The position numbers and the translations under genes were made by a program. This document shows, in pieces, positions 27,686 to 36,461 of a stretch of 64,000 nt of DNA; within the stretch, counting starts at the first letter, position 1; the number at the start of each line of letters is the position of its first letter. The notes beneath the pieces were generated by a model. The model saw nothing but the letters and a program-made list of their open reading frames with translations. It had not been told where the DNA came from and did no database searches. Source of the stretch: an uncultured Anaerolineales bacterium (GTDB lineage Bacteria > Planctomycetota > Phycisphaerae > FEN-1346); contig CAYWVR010000002.1 of the NCBI GenBank assembly GCA_964461715.1, positions 76,453 to 140,452 on the forward strand. The letters run 5' to 3'.

Positions 27686-28549
27686 GTGGGAAACGTCTGG
27701 GACGCGATGAAGAAGCATAACCGGGAGACGCGACCGCCCGCCAACACCCGGGAATCCCCACCAGCCCCGGCGCCGGCCTCGCCCGATCGAGCCCCCGTCG
27801 CCGACGCCCTCGAGACGGCGCCCGAGACCCCGGCTTCCGAGCCGAAAGGGCCGCGACGCCTCGCGACCCGGGCCCAGCTCAACGGCTACGACCGGACGCT
27901 CGTGGCCCACTACGACCGCGGCGGACGCCTGACCGAGGATTACCGCGCCCTGCGCACGAACCTCCTGGCCCAGTACCGTAAGGGCCGGTTCTGCCTCATG
28001 CTCATCAGCTCCGAGGCCGGCGAGGGAAAGACCGTGACGTGCCTGAACCTGGCCCTCGTGATGGCCGAGATGCCCGACCGCCGCACCGTCGTCGTCGACC
28101 TCGACATCCGCAAGGGCCAAGCCTCGCGCATGATGAAGGTGAGTCGGGACCGTGGCGCCGCCGACGTGCTCCGCGGCGAGGCCGCCGTCGCCGACGTCAT
28201 CAAGCCGACGACCTACCCGAACCTGTCGATCGTCCCGGCCGGCCGGGCCAACCGGGCCGAGATCGGCGAGCTCTTCGGCCAGACCGACCTGGACGAGATG
28301 CTGGGCGAGCTGCGGCGCCGGTTCGATTACGTCCTCATCGACACGCCGCCCGTTGCCGGGTTCTCTGACGCCGGCATGATCGGACGGAGCGTCAACGACG
28401 CCCTCGTGGTCGTCCGCATGAACAAGACCCATCGCGAGTCGGTGGACAAGGCCATCCGGCTCCTCCACGCGGCCAACGTCAACCCGGTCGGCGTCGTCCT
28501 GACCCACCAGCGTTACTACATCCCGGACTACCTCTATCGCTACTCGTGA
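27686..28549 (+). CDS. BY-family protein tyrosine kinase (CpsD/Wzc C-terminal ATPase type)
   Basis: GTG start with AGGAGA 5 nt upstream. Walker A SSEAGEGKT, Walker A' VVVDLDIRKG, Walker B …YVLIDTPP, and a C-terminal tyrosine cluster YYIPDYLYRYS. Confidence 0.8.
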   Translation: MGNVWDAMKKHNRETRPPANTRESPPAPAPASPDRAPVADALETAPETPASEPKGPRRLATRAQLNGYDRTLVAHYDRGGRLTEDYRALRTNLLAQYRKGRFCLMLISSEAGEGKTVTCLNLALVMAEMPDRRTVVVDLDIRKGQASRMMKVSRDRGAADVLRGEAAVADVIKPTTYPNLSIVPAGRANRAEIGELFGQTDLDEMLGELRRRFDYVLIDTPPVAGFSDAGMIGRSVNDALVVVRMNKTHRESVDKAIRLLHAANVNPVGVVLTHQRYYIPDYLYRYS

Positions 28550-28577
28550 CGCCCGGGCGCCGCGCCGGGAGAGCCAT

Positions 28578-29645
28578 GTGGGACCCGCAACCGACATGGA
28601 TTGCCGCACCGTCAACGTCAGACCGGCCGCCGAGGCCGATACCGAGGCGTGGGATGCCTTTATCCAGGCCCGGCCGGACGCCACGGTCTTCCACCGCCGC
28701 GCCTGGTCCGACGCCGTCGCCGACGCCTACGGCCACCGGCCGCGCCATCTCGCGGCCTGGTCCGAGCAGCGCCTCGTCGGCCTGCTGCCGCTGATGGAGG
28801 TCCGGAGCCTTTTGGTGGGGCGAGTGCTCGTCTCGGTGCCATACGCGACGTACGGCGGCATCGTGGCCGAGGACGACAACGTCACGGCCGCCCTGGCCGA
28901 GGGGGCCTGCGCCTTGGCCCGCGATCGCGGGACCCGGTACCTGGAGCTTCGACATCGCGAGGCGCGACCGCTGGACCTGCCGACCATCGACCGCTACGAC
29001 ACGTTCCGCAAGGCCCTGCCCGAGCGGGCCGAGGACGTGCTCCCGGGCCTGCCGCGCAAGACGCGCACCGCCGTCCGCCGCAGCCTCAAGGCCCTGGGCG
29101 AGAAGGCCGTCGAGACGGGGCCGCATCTGCTGGACGTCGTCTACGACCTGTACGCGTTCACGATGCGGCGGCTGGGATCGCCGAACTACCGCCGGCGGTT
29201 CTTCCACGCCTTGGCCGACCGCTACGGCGACGACTGCGTCGCGCTGGTCGTGTGGGACGGGGCGACACCCGTGGCGGGCGTGATCAGTTTCATCTTTCGC
29301 GACGAGATCGTGCCGTACTTCTCCGGCAGCCTGCCCGAGGGCCAGGCGACCCGGGCGAACAACCTGATGTACAGTCGACTGATGGAGATCGCGGTCGAGC
29401 GCGGGCTGCGGGCCTTCGACTTTAACCGCACCCGCCGCGATAACCGCGGACCCTACGACTTCAAGCGTCACCACGGTTTCGAGCCGTCGCCGCTGGCGTA
29501 CCACGTGTATCGGACCGACGGCGGCCCGCTTCCGAACCTGAGTCCGAGCAACCGGAAGTTCGCGCTGGCCGCCCGCCTCTGGCAGCGTCTGCCCCTGTGC
29601 GTGACGCGGCCGGCGGGCGCCTGTGTGACAAAGTGGATCCCCTGA
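28578..29645 (+). CDS. FemAB-family (GNAT-fold) protein, PEP-CTERM-locus type
   Basis: Size and colinearity with FemAB-like acyl/aminoacyl-transferases (…VFHRRAWSDAVADAYGHRP…LLPLMEV…GGI…; second lobe …LYAFTMRRLGSPNYRRRFFHALADRYGD…). Confidence 0.6.
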   Translation: MGPATDMDCRTVNVRPAAEADTEAWDAFIQARPDATVFHRRAWSDAVADAYGHRPRHLAAWSEQRLVGLLPLMEVRSLLVGRVLVSVPYATYGGIVAEDDNVTAALAEGACALARDRGTRYLELRHREARPLDLPTIDRYDTFRKALPERAEDVLPGLPRKTRTAVRRSLKALGEKAVETGPHLLDVVYDLYAFTMRRLGSPNYRRRFFHALADRYGDDCVALVVWDGATPVAGVISFIFRDEIVPYFSGSLPEGQATRANNLMYSRLMEIAVERGLRAFDFNRTRRDNRGPYDFKRHHGFEPSPLAYHVYRTDGGPLPNLSPSNRKFALAARLWQRLPLCVTRPAGACVTKWIP

Positions 29646-29675
29646 CGGGGACGGACCTGCAAACGGAGGGACCCT

Positions 29676-29752
29676 AGGCGGGTAGCTCAGTTGGCAGAGC
29701 GCCCGGAATACACCCGGGAGGTCGCGTGGTTCGAATCCCGCCCCGCCTACCA
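29676..29752 (+). tRNA. tRNA-like gene, anticodon TAC (Val) with encoded CCA; non-canonical features (A32/A33 in the anticodon loop, 1-nt bulge in the T-stem)
   Basis: Hand fold: acceptor AGGCGGG/CCCGCCT (7/7 pairs); D-arm GCTC-AGTTGGCA-GAGC; anticodon stem CCCGG/CCGGG with loop AATACAC; variable loop AGGTC; T-arm GCG(T)GG-TTCGAAT-CCCGC; discriminator A then CCA. The canonical GGTTCGAATCC and TAGCTCAGTTGG boxes are present. Confidence 0.6.
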
Positions 29753-29780
29753 GTCTGGACGCCTCGAGTGGACGGCCCGC

Positions 29781-31028
29781 ATGAAACGGCTGCTCTATAT
29801 CGCCCATCGCGTGCCCTACCCGCCGGACAAGGGGGAGCGCGTCCGCGCCTACCATGAGATCCGCGCCCTCGCCGAGGCGTTCCACGTCACCTTGGCCGCC
29901 CTCGCTCACACCCGGGCCGACGAAACCGCCGCGCGCGAGCTGACGCCTTGGTGCGAGGAGATCCTCGTCGAACGCGCCGGCGGGCTCCGGGGGCTGGTGC
30001 GGGGGGCCTGGAGCCTCCTGACGGGCGGGTCCGTGACGACCGGGTACTTCCGCAGCCGCCGCCTCGCACGCCGTCTTCGCGAGGCCGAGGCGTTCGACGT
30101 CGCCGTGGGCTACGCCTCCAGCGTCCTGCCCTACCTCCTGGCGGCCCCGGCCGCGTCGCGGGTCATGGACCTCGTCGACACCGACAGCGCCAAGTGGGCA
30201 AGCTACGCCCGTTGCGACCGCTGGCCGAAACGGGTCCTCTACCGGGCGGAGGCGCGCGGCGTACGCGCTCTGGAGCGGCGCGCGCTCGAGACGTGCGACG
30301 CCGTGCTCCTGGCGAGCGAGGCCGAGGTCGCCGCCCTCGGCATGTCCGATCCGAAGCTCCGCGCCGTCGCCAACGGCGTCGACACCGAGTACTTCACGCC
30401 GCCCGAGGCGGAGGCCGACGGCCCGCCGTCCCTCGTCTTCACGGGATCGATGGACTACCGGCCGAACGTCGAGGCGGTGACCTGGTTCGCAAAGGAGGCC
30501 TGGCCGGCGCTCCGCGAGGCCGTGCCCGAGCTGCGGTTCGTCATCGTCGGGCGCGACCCGGCCCCCGCCGTCCGCCGGCTCGCGGAGACGCTCGGCATCA
30601 CGGTCACCGGTTCGGTGCCGGACGTGCGGCCCTATCTGGCGTCGGCGACGGCGGTCGTGGCGCCGCTGGGCATCGCGCGAGGCGTCCAGAACAAGGTCCT
30701 GGAGGCGATGGCCATGGGGCGGGCCGTCGTCGCCTCGTCGGGCGCCCTGGAGGGACTGGACGTCGCCGTCGGGGAGGAGGCCCTCCGAGCGGACACGCCG
30801 CCCGAGTGGCGTGTGGCGATCACGGGCCTCTTGGACGATGCCGCGCGGCGCCGCGCCCTGGGCGCGGCCGCCCGGGGGCGGGTCGAATCCGACTCCAGCT
30901 GGCCGGCGCGGATGGCGCCGCTGGTGGACCTTTGCCGCCGTCTCGCCGCCCAAGAGGCCACGGCCGAGGCCGCCGATGCGTCCCCGCGCCCCCTCACGCC
31001 GCCCGTCCACGGGAGGGCCGACGCCTGA
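29781..31028 (+). CDS. GT4-family glycosyltransferase, PEP-CTERM/EpsH-associated sugar transferase (stp1-like)
   Basis: N-terminus MKRLLYIAHRVPYPPDKGERVRAYHEIRALAE matches the conserved stp-family start. C-terminal GT1 motifs are …FTGSMDYRPNVEAV… and …APLGIARGVQNKVLEAMAMGRAVV. The track ORF starts at a TTG inside the tRNA; the real start is taken as Met31. Confidence 0.75.
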   Translation: MKRLLYIAHRVPYPPDKGERVRAYHEIRALAEAFHVTLAALAHTRADETAARELTPWCEEILVERAGGLRGLVRGAWSLLTGGSVTTGYFRSRRLARRLREAEAFDVAVGYASSVLPYLLAAPAASRVMDLVDTDSAKWASYARCDRWPKRVLYRAEARGVRALERRALETCDAVLLASEAEVAALGMSDPKLRAVANGVDTEYFTPPEAEADGPPSLVFTGSMDYRPNVEAVTWFAKEAWPALREAVPELRFVIVGRDPAPAVRRLAETLGITVTGSVPDVRPYLASATAVVAPLGIARGVQNKVLEAMAMGRAVVASSGALEGLDVAVGEEALRADTPPEWRVAITGLLDDAARRRALGAAARGRVESDSSWPARMAPLVDLCRRLAAQEATAEAADASPRPLTPPVHGRADA

Positions 31029-31029
31029 C

Positions 31030-31425
31030 ATGGAATCCTGGTTCCGCAACATGGATTCGCCGCCCATGCACTTCGCCGTGGGCATGGTGTGCGGCGGGGC
31101 GCTCTGGATGCTGGTCGTCCTGATTCGGCCGCGGTGGTGGGTCTACACGCCGATTGCCATGACCCTGGGCGGGCTCTGGGCCGAGGGCCCGGACCTCCCC
31201 CTGCTGTTCCACTACTACCCGAGCCTCTCGCCCGACTGGGTCCGCGGCAACGGCTGGTCCGAGGCCCTGCACGGCAAGTGGGCTAATCTCTTCTTCTTTC
31301 ACGGATGGATCGACACCTCCGGCGAGGGGAGCATGGTCCGGGGATGGGCGCTGACGATTGCGCTCTACGGGGGATGGTGCGCCGTCTTCATGGTCCGCGA
31401 GTGGCTCAGGCGGAGGACCGGGTAA
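31030..31425 (+). CDS. small Trp-rich integral membrane protein (131 aa), unknown function
   Basis: ATG is 1 nt after the upstream stop. There are 3-4 predicted TM helices (…HFAVGMVCGGALWMLVVLI…, …GWALTIALYGGWCAVFMV…). It is wedged between two glycosyltransferase genes. Confidence 0.45.
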   Translation: MESWFRNMDSPPMHFAVGMVCGGALWMLVVLIRPRWWVYTPIAMTLGGLWAEGPDLPLLFHYYPSLSPDWVRGNGWSEALHGKWANLFFFHGWIDTSGEGSMVRGWALTIALYGGWCAVFMVREWLRRRTG

Positions 31426-31429
31426 GGCG

Positions 31430-33103
31430 ATGATCGAAGGCCGGACCATCCTGTGCTTTGCGAGCGGCTACGACGCCCCGCCCACAAGCAAGCACCACGT
31501 CATGCGCCGTCTGGCGGAGCGGAACGTCGTTCTCTGGGTCAACTACCACGCGTCGCGGGTCCCCTCGGCCGGCGCGTCGGACGCCGCCTACATCGTCGCC
31601 AAGCTCGGACAGGTGGCCGGGGGCCTTCGCCGGGCGCATCCGAACCTCTACGTCCTGACCCCCCTGGTCGTCCCTTTGCCCACCTCGCGCTTGGCGAGAG
31701 AGACGAATCGGATACTGCTGGTCATGCAGGTGCGGGCGGCGCTGGCGCGGGTCCGACAGGGGCCGCTCCAGGTCTGGTCCTTCGCCCCGGACGTTGCCTA
31801 TGCTCTGGACGCCTTCGACGCCGAGGCCGTCGTCTACTACTGTGTCGACGACTTCGCGTCGTTCTCCGGCTACGACCGCGGGCAGGTCCTGGCCGACGAG
31901 GAGACTCTCTGCCGCCGCGCCGACCTCGTCGTCACCACCAGCCGCGCGCTCCAGGACGCCAAGGCGCCGCTGAATCCGAACACGATCCTCGTGCCGCACG
32001 GCGTGGACTACGCTCACTTCGCGCGCGCAATCGAGAAGGACCTGCCGGTTCCCGAGGACCTGGCGGACATCCCGCACCCGGTCCTGGGATTCTTCGGGCT
32101 CATCCGCGACTGGGTGGACCTGGACCTCGTGGCCGAGGTGGCGCGGCGGCGGCCCGCGTGGCACGTCGTCCTGGTCGGCGATTCGACGGTGGATCTCACC
32201 CCGTACCGGGACTTGCCGAACCTGCATTTCGTCGGCCGCAAGCCCTACGAAGACCTCCCCGCCTGGTGCCGCCGCTTCGACGTCGGCCTTATCCCGTTCA
32301 AGATCAACGACCTGACGGAGGCCGTGAACCCGATCAAGCTTCGGGAGTACCTGGCAGCGGGTCTGCCCGTGCTTTCGACGCCGCTGCCGGAGGTCGTGGC
32401 CTGCGGCTTCCCGGTGCGCGTCGTCGAGGGCCCGGACGGCTTCGTGGGGGCGTGCGAGGCCGCGCTGGCCGAAGGCGCCGGCATCGAAGCCCGCCGATCT
32501 CGCTCGGCCCCCATGGCCGAGGAGACGTGGGACCGCAAGGTCGACCGGATCGCCGACCGCCTGATCGCCGCCGCGTCCGATCAGCCCGCGAGAGGGGCCG
32601 CGACACGGCGGCGCCGCGTCATGGTCGGCGTCGCGGGCGGGGGATTCGTCATCCAGTGCAAGAATCTCCTCCGCGCCTGCCCCGAGACGGTCGAGCTCCT
32701 CGTGACGGGTCCCGAGCACGCCGTGGCCCAGTACGACGCGTGGCGAGACCGATGGCTCTCGGACGACGGGTCGTGGTTCGCCACGCGCCAGCTCCGGAGC
32801 CACGGACGTCTCCAGTCCGCACTGGCGGCGGCCCTGGGGTCGTTACGGTGTCTGGAGCTGGTGTACGAGCACCGCCCGGACGCGGTCGTGGCAGTCGGGC
32901 ATCGCATCGCCGTCTTCCTGCTGGCAGCCGGACGGCTTCTCGGGACCCGGACGGCTTTCGTCGAGTGCATCACGCGGGTTCGGCGCCCGTCGCGGACCGG
33001 CCGGATCGTCTCGGGCCTCGGGCTGGCGGATCGTGTTTTCGTCCAGTGGCCACAGACCCGTCGCCTCTACCGGAGGGCCGTCTACGGCGGCCGCATCCTA
33101 TGA
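31430..33103 (+). CDS. GT4-family glycosyltransferase fused to a C-terminal Alg14-like (EpsE/Cps14F-type) membrane-anchoring domain
   Basis: An AAGG SD precedes the ATG. The N-terminal ~370 aa has the GT1 C-lobe (…VLGFFGLIRDWVDLDLV…HVVLVGD…FDVGLIPFKINDLTEAVNPIKLREYLAAGLPVLST…). The C-terminal ~170 aa (…VMVGVAGGGFVIQCKNLL…LLVTGPEH…PDAVVAVGHRIAVFLLAAGRLLG…FVECITRV…) is Alg14-like. Confidence 0.65.
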   Translation: MIEGRTILCFASGYDAPPTSKHHVMRRLAERNVVLWVNYHASRVPSAGASDAAYIVAKLGQVAGGLRRAHPNLYVLTPLVVPLPTSRLARETNRILLVMQVRAALARVRQGPLQVWSFAPDVAYALDAFDAEAVVYYCVDDFASFSGYDRGQVLADEETLCRRADLVVTTSRALQDAKAPLNPNTILVPHGVDYAHFARAIEKDLPVPEDLADIPHPVLGFFGLIRDWVDLDLVAEVARRRPAWHVVLVGDSTVDLTPYRDLPNLHFVGRKPYEDLPAWCRRFDVGLIPFKINDLTEAVNPIKLREYLAAGLPVLSTPLPEVVACGFPVRVVEGPDGFVGACEAALAEGAGIEARRSRSAPMAEETWDRKVDRIADRLIAAASDQPARGAATRRRRVMVGVAGGGFVIQCKNLLRACPETVELLVTGPEHAVAQYDAWRDRWLSDDGSWFATRQLRSHGRLQSALAAALGSLRCLELVYEHRPDAVVAVGHRIAVFLLAAGRLLGTRTAFVECITRVRRPSRTGRIVSGLGLADRVFVQWPQTRRLYRRAVYGGRIL

Positions 33104-33552
33104 TCCTCGTGACCGTGGGCACGACCTATTACGACGAGCTGGTGCGTGAGGTCGACCGGCTGGTGGTCGTCGGGGCCATCACCGAGCCGGTCTTCGCCCA
33201 GATCGGCATGGGGAAGTACGAGCCGCAGCACATGGAATGGACTCGCTACGTTGACCGTCTCGAGCCGCTCTATCGGGAGGCGAGCCTCGTCATCTGCCAC
33301 GGCGGCGTAGGGACGGTGTTCGAGCTGTTGGCGCTGGGGCGGCCGACGATCGCCGTCGCCAACCGGGCCCTCGCGGACGATCACCAGGCCGACCTGCTCC
33401 GCGCCATTGCCGGGCGAGGCTGGTGCACGTGCTGCTTCTCGCCGACCGAGCTCGAAGCGGCGCTCAAGACGCCCCGCCCGGCGATTCCCTATCCGGACGA
33501 GCCGGTCCTGGCAGGCCGCATCTGGGACTATCTGACCACCCCGAGGACGTGA
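33100..33552 (+). CDS. Alg13-like (EpsF/Cps14G-type, Glyco_tran_28_C) glycosyltransferase catalytic partner
   Basis: ATGA start/stop overlap with the upstream fusion gene. The sequence MILVTVGTTYYDELVREVDRL…ASLVICHGGVGTVFELLALGRPTIAVAN… is the Alg13/MurG-C-like fold. It lies immediately after the Alg14-like domain, as in Cps14F/G pairs. Confidence 0.7.
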   Translation: MILVTVGTTYYDELVREVDRLVVVGAITEPVFAQIGMGKYEPQHMEWTRYVDRLEPLYREASLVICHGGVGTVFELLALGRPTIAVANRALADDHQADLLRAIAGRGWCTCCFSPTELEAALKTPRPAIPYPDEPVLAGRIWDYLTTPRT

Positions 33553-33554
33553 CC

Positions 33555-35033
33555 ATGGACCTTCGGATGCACAAGGTGCCGGACTGGCCGAAGCTCGCCT
33601 GGGTCGCGCGCATGCGTCCCGGCGGCGCGGCCGTCGAGGCACTCCACGGCCCGTACGTGGAGCGCCGCCGGGACTGGTGCGTCGAGGCCGTGTGGGCGGG
33701 ACGCTTCGAGGAGGGCGACTTCGACCGGACGGACCTCGTCTTCGGAACGGGCGTTCGCCTCCGCGACGGCGTCGTCCGGTTCGTCAATGCGGGCACGGGG
33801 GTGGACCGCCTGTGGCACGTGGCCCACGAGGGCGGGTACGCTGTCAGCAACTCGCTGCCCGCGCTGCTGGCGGTGACGGGCCTGGCCCTCCGCGAGGACT
33901 ATACGGGCTACTCCGACGACATCCAGAGCGTCGAGGTGCGGGGCATCCGGCACTATGTCCGCGAGATTCCCTCGTCCGGGCCGCCCCTCGGCGTCCTTTA
34001 CTTCGACGACCTGGTCTATGACGGACGGACGCTCGTCGCGGCCGAGAAACCGAGCGTCGCCCCGCCCTTCCCGACCTTTGCCGCCTACGAGGCATTTCTC
34101 ATCGAGACGGCCCATGCCCTGGGCGAGAACAGCCGCGCGCGGGACCGCCGGTGGCCGGTGACCGGGATCGTCGGCGTCTCGTCGGGCTACGACTCGCCGG
34201 CCGTCGCCGTTGTCGCGCGGCACGCCGGATGCACGCGGGCGGTCACGATCCACCAGTCGCGGAGTCTCTGGCGGGGTCCGGACTCCGGGGAGCCCGTCGC
34301 GCGAGCCTTGGGGCTCCCGTGCGCCGTCTACGACCACAGCCCGCGGAACTATCGCCTGGAGCACGCCGTGTGGGCGGCCACGGGCCTGGCAGGCGGACTG
34401 AACCTCACGCTTTTCGACTACCCGGAGCCGCTGGCCATGTTCTACAGCGGCAGCTACGGCGACAAGGTCTGGGACCGGCGCCCGCACGACCTCTCGGAGC
34501 CGGTGGGCGACCGCGACCACCTGCTGGGCGAGTTCCGGCTGATCCAGGGGCTCTTCCAGTGCGTCGTCCCCTGGTGGGGCATTCACCGCGCCGGCGAGAT
34601 CAACGCCCTCGGCGCCCGCGAGGAGATGGCCCCGTGGACCCTCGGCAACTCCTACGATCGGCCGGTTGCCCGGCGGTTGGCGGAGGAGGCGGGGATCCCG
34701 CGCAAGGCCTTCGGCATCCGCAAGAAGGACACCTCCTCGAACGTGTCCTTCCTCTGGCCGCGCACGCGCGAGGCGCAGGCCCGCTTCGCGCGGTGGCTCC
34801 GAGACCGGGGCCTGGAGGCGCCGAGCCGGGCGCGCGTGGGCCTCTTCCGGAAGCTCGCCAAGCTCGAGGGGCTCATCTACTACAACCTCCCCGCGAAGCT
34901 GCGCCCCAAGCGGCGCCTCCGGCCGTGGCTGCGCCTGGCAGGGACCCGGCGGCTCTTTCAGTGGGGCAACGAGGAACTGAAGGCCGTCTATGCGGCCGGC
35001 CTGGACGCCTTTCGGCGAGAGGCATCTCCGTGA
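33555..35033 (+). CDS. asparagine-synthetase-like PP-loop (SGGxDS-type) protein lacking the N-terminal glutaminase Cys; paralogue 1
   Basis: 492 aa. …PVTGIVGVSSGYDSPAVAVVARHAG… is a degenerate PP-loop ATP-pyrophosphatase motif placed about 230 aa from the N-terminus, as in AsnB. The N-terminus is MDLRM…, with no Cys2 nucleophile. Confidence 0.5.
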   Translation: MDLRMHKVPDWPKLAWVARMRPGGAAVEALHGPYVERRRDWCVEAVWAGRFEEGDFDRTDLVFGTGVRLRDGVVRFVNAGTGVDRLWHVAHEGGYAVSNSLPALLAVTGLALREDYTGYSDDIQSVEVRGIRHYVREIPSSGPPLGVLYFDDLVYDGRTLVAAEKPSVAPPFPTFAAYEAFLIETAHALGENSRARDRRWPVTGIVGVSSGYDSPAVAVVARHAGCTRAVTIHQSRSLWRGPDSGEPVARALGLPCAVYDHSPRNYRLEHAVWAATGLAGGLNLTLFDYPEPLAMFYSGSYGDKVWDRRPHDLSEPVGDRDHLLGEFRLIQGLFQCVVPWWGIHRAGEINALGAREEMAPWTLGNSYDRPVARRLAEEAGIPRKAFGIRKKDTSSNVSFLWPRTREAQARFARWLRDRGLEAPSRARVGLFRKLAKLEGLIYYNLPAKLRPKRRLRPWLRLAGTRRLFQWGNEELKAVYAAGLDAFRREASP

Positions 35034-36448
35034 CACTTGATGCCGAGCTGATGATCGACCAGTTTATCCTGGGCCGGGACGCCGACGCGATCCCGGACGG
35101 GTGGCCCGTGCGCGCTCACGACGGCCGGCGTCTCGGCCATCACCCTCATCTGCCCGTCGCGGAGATCACCGACGGCGAGGGGACGTTCCTCGGCTGGCTC
35201 CTCGGTTGGGCCGTCGGTCCGGACGGCCGGATGGTGCGGAAGAAAGCCGTCTTCAAACAGGCTTTCGAGGCGGCGGTCGCCGAGCACGGGGGGCGCTTCG
35301 CCGCGGTGCGCTTTGCGCCGTCGGGCCCACGTTTCTACCTGGGTCCGTGCGGAGCGTTGGCGGCGGTGTACTCGCGCGAGCGAGAGGTCGTGGCGTCCTC
35401 GCTCTACATGATTCCGGGGGCGCGCGACGCCGAGACGCGCTTGATGCCCGAGCTGGGTGTGCCGGAGAGCGACCACTTCTACCCCTTCGGCCTCACCCCC
35501 CGCCGGGGGATCGAGCGACTGATCCCGCACCACTACCTCGACCTCGCGACCTGGCAGCCCGTGCGCCACTGGCCCGCCGGCGACATCCCCGAGACGCGGG
35601 ACGTCGACGCGACCGGCGAGGCGATCGGGGCGCTCGTCGAGCGGCAGATCGCGGGCGTCATCAAGGCCGACGGACCGATCTACATGTCGCTGACCGCGGG
35701 CCGGGACTCGCGGCTGATGGCGGCCTGCGCGCGGGACCATGCCGCGCACGTCACCTTCTTCACGATGATCGTACCGAGCGAGGGAGGGCGGCTGGATCGG
35801 CAGGCCGCTCGGAAGCTGGCCCGGCGCTGCGGCCTGGACCACCTCGTTCTGCCGCGCAAGACCCCCACAGAGGCCGACAAGCGCCTTCACATGCAGCGCA
35901 CAGGCGATTGCGTAGGCTCATGGCAAAACCTGGCGACGATGGGGCAACTGCCCGAGCGGCGTCCCGTGCTCCTCGGCATGGCCGGCGAGTTGGGCCGGGG
36001 GTTCCACTGGAGACGCGGTGACACCGAATCGAGCCGGATCACGCCCGCCGATCTCCTCGATCGCCGTGGCTTGCCGCACACGCGCGCCATCCTGGACCGC
36101 GCCGAGGCGTGGCTCGCCGGCGTGCCGGCAACCAACGCCCTGACCATCTGGGGCCTCTACTACCTGGAGCAGTACCTGGGGTGCTGGAGCGGACCGGCTC
36201 AGTACAACCCGCACAACGGGTGTTACCGCCTGTCGCCGTACTGCCATCGCGAGATTCACCAAGCCATGATGAGCCTGCCCCGGGAGTATCGCCTCCGCTG
36301 CCGCCTCGAGGACGACCTCGTCGGTCGGCGGTGGCCGGAGATGCTGACCGTCCCGTTCAACTGGCCGATGGGTCTGGGGCGCTACGTCGCGTTCCTGAAG
36401 CGGCGTGCGGGGAAGCTGGTGGGCAAACTCGGCGCGACCGACGCCTAG
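35030..36448 (+). CDS. asparagine-synthetase-like PP-loop protein; paralogue 2
   Basis: GTG start overlaps the upstream stop (GTGA). …DGPIYMSLTAGRDSRLMAACARDHAA… is a PP-loop-like motif at the equivalent position. The overall architecture parallels paralogue 1, and there is no N-terminal Cys. Confidence 0.5.
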   Translation: MTLDAELMIDQFILGRDADAIPDGWPVRAHDGRRLGHHPHLPVAEITDGEGTFLGWLLGWAVGPDGRMVRKKAVFKQAFEAAVAEHGGRFAAVRFAPSGPRFYLGPCGALAAVYSREREVVASSLYMIPGARDAETRLMPELGVPESDHFYPFGLTPRRGIERLIPHHYLDLATWQPVRHWPAGDIPETRDVDATGEAIGALVERQIAGVIKADGPIYMSLTAGRDSRLMAACARDHAAHVTFFTMIVPSEGGRLDRQAARKLARRCGLDHLVLPRKTPTEADKRLHMQRTGDCVGSWQNLATMGQLPERRPVLLGMAGELGRGFHWRRGDTESSRITPADLLDRRGLPHTRAILDRAEAWLAGVPATNALTIWGLYYLEQYLGCWSGPAQYNPHNGCYRLSPYCHREIHQAMMSLPREYRLRCRLEDDLVGRRWPEMLTVPFNWPMGLGRYVAFLKRRAGKLVGKLGATDA

Positions 36449-36461
36449 ACGGATAGAGACG

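Noticed and set aside
28479-31085. 868-aa minus-strand ORF
   Set aside because: Spans the tyrosine-kinase end, the FemAB-like gene, the tRNA and the stp1 GT on the opposite strand. A real gene could not contain a tRNA, and its translation is Arg/Gly/Pro-rich.
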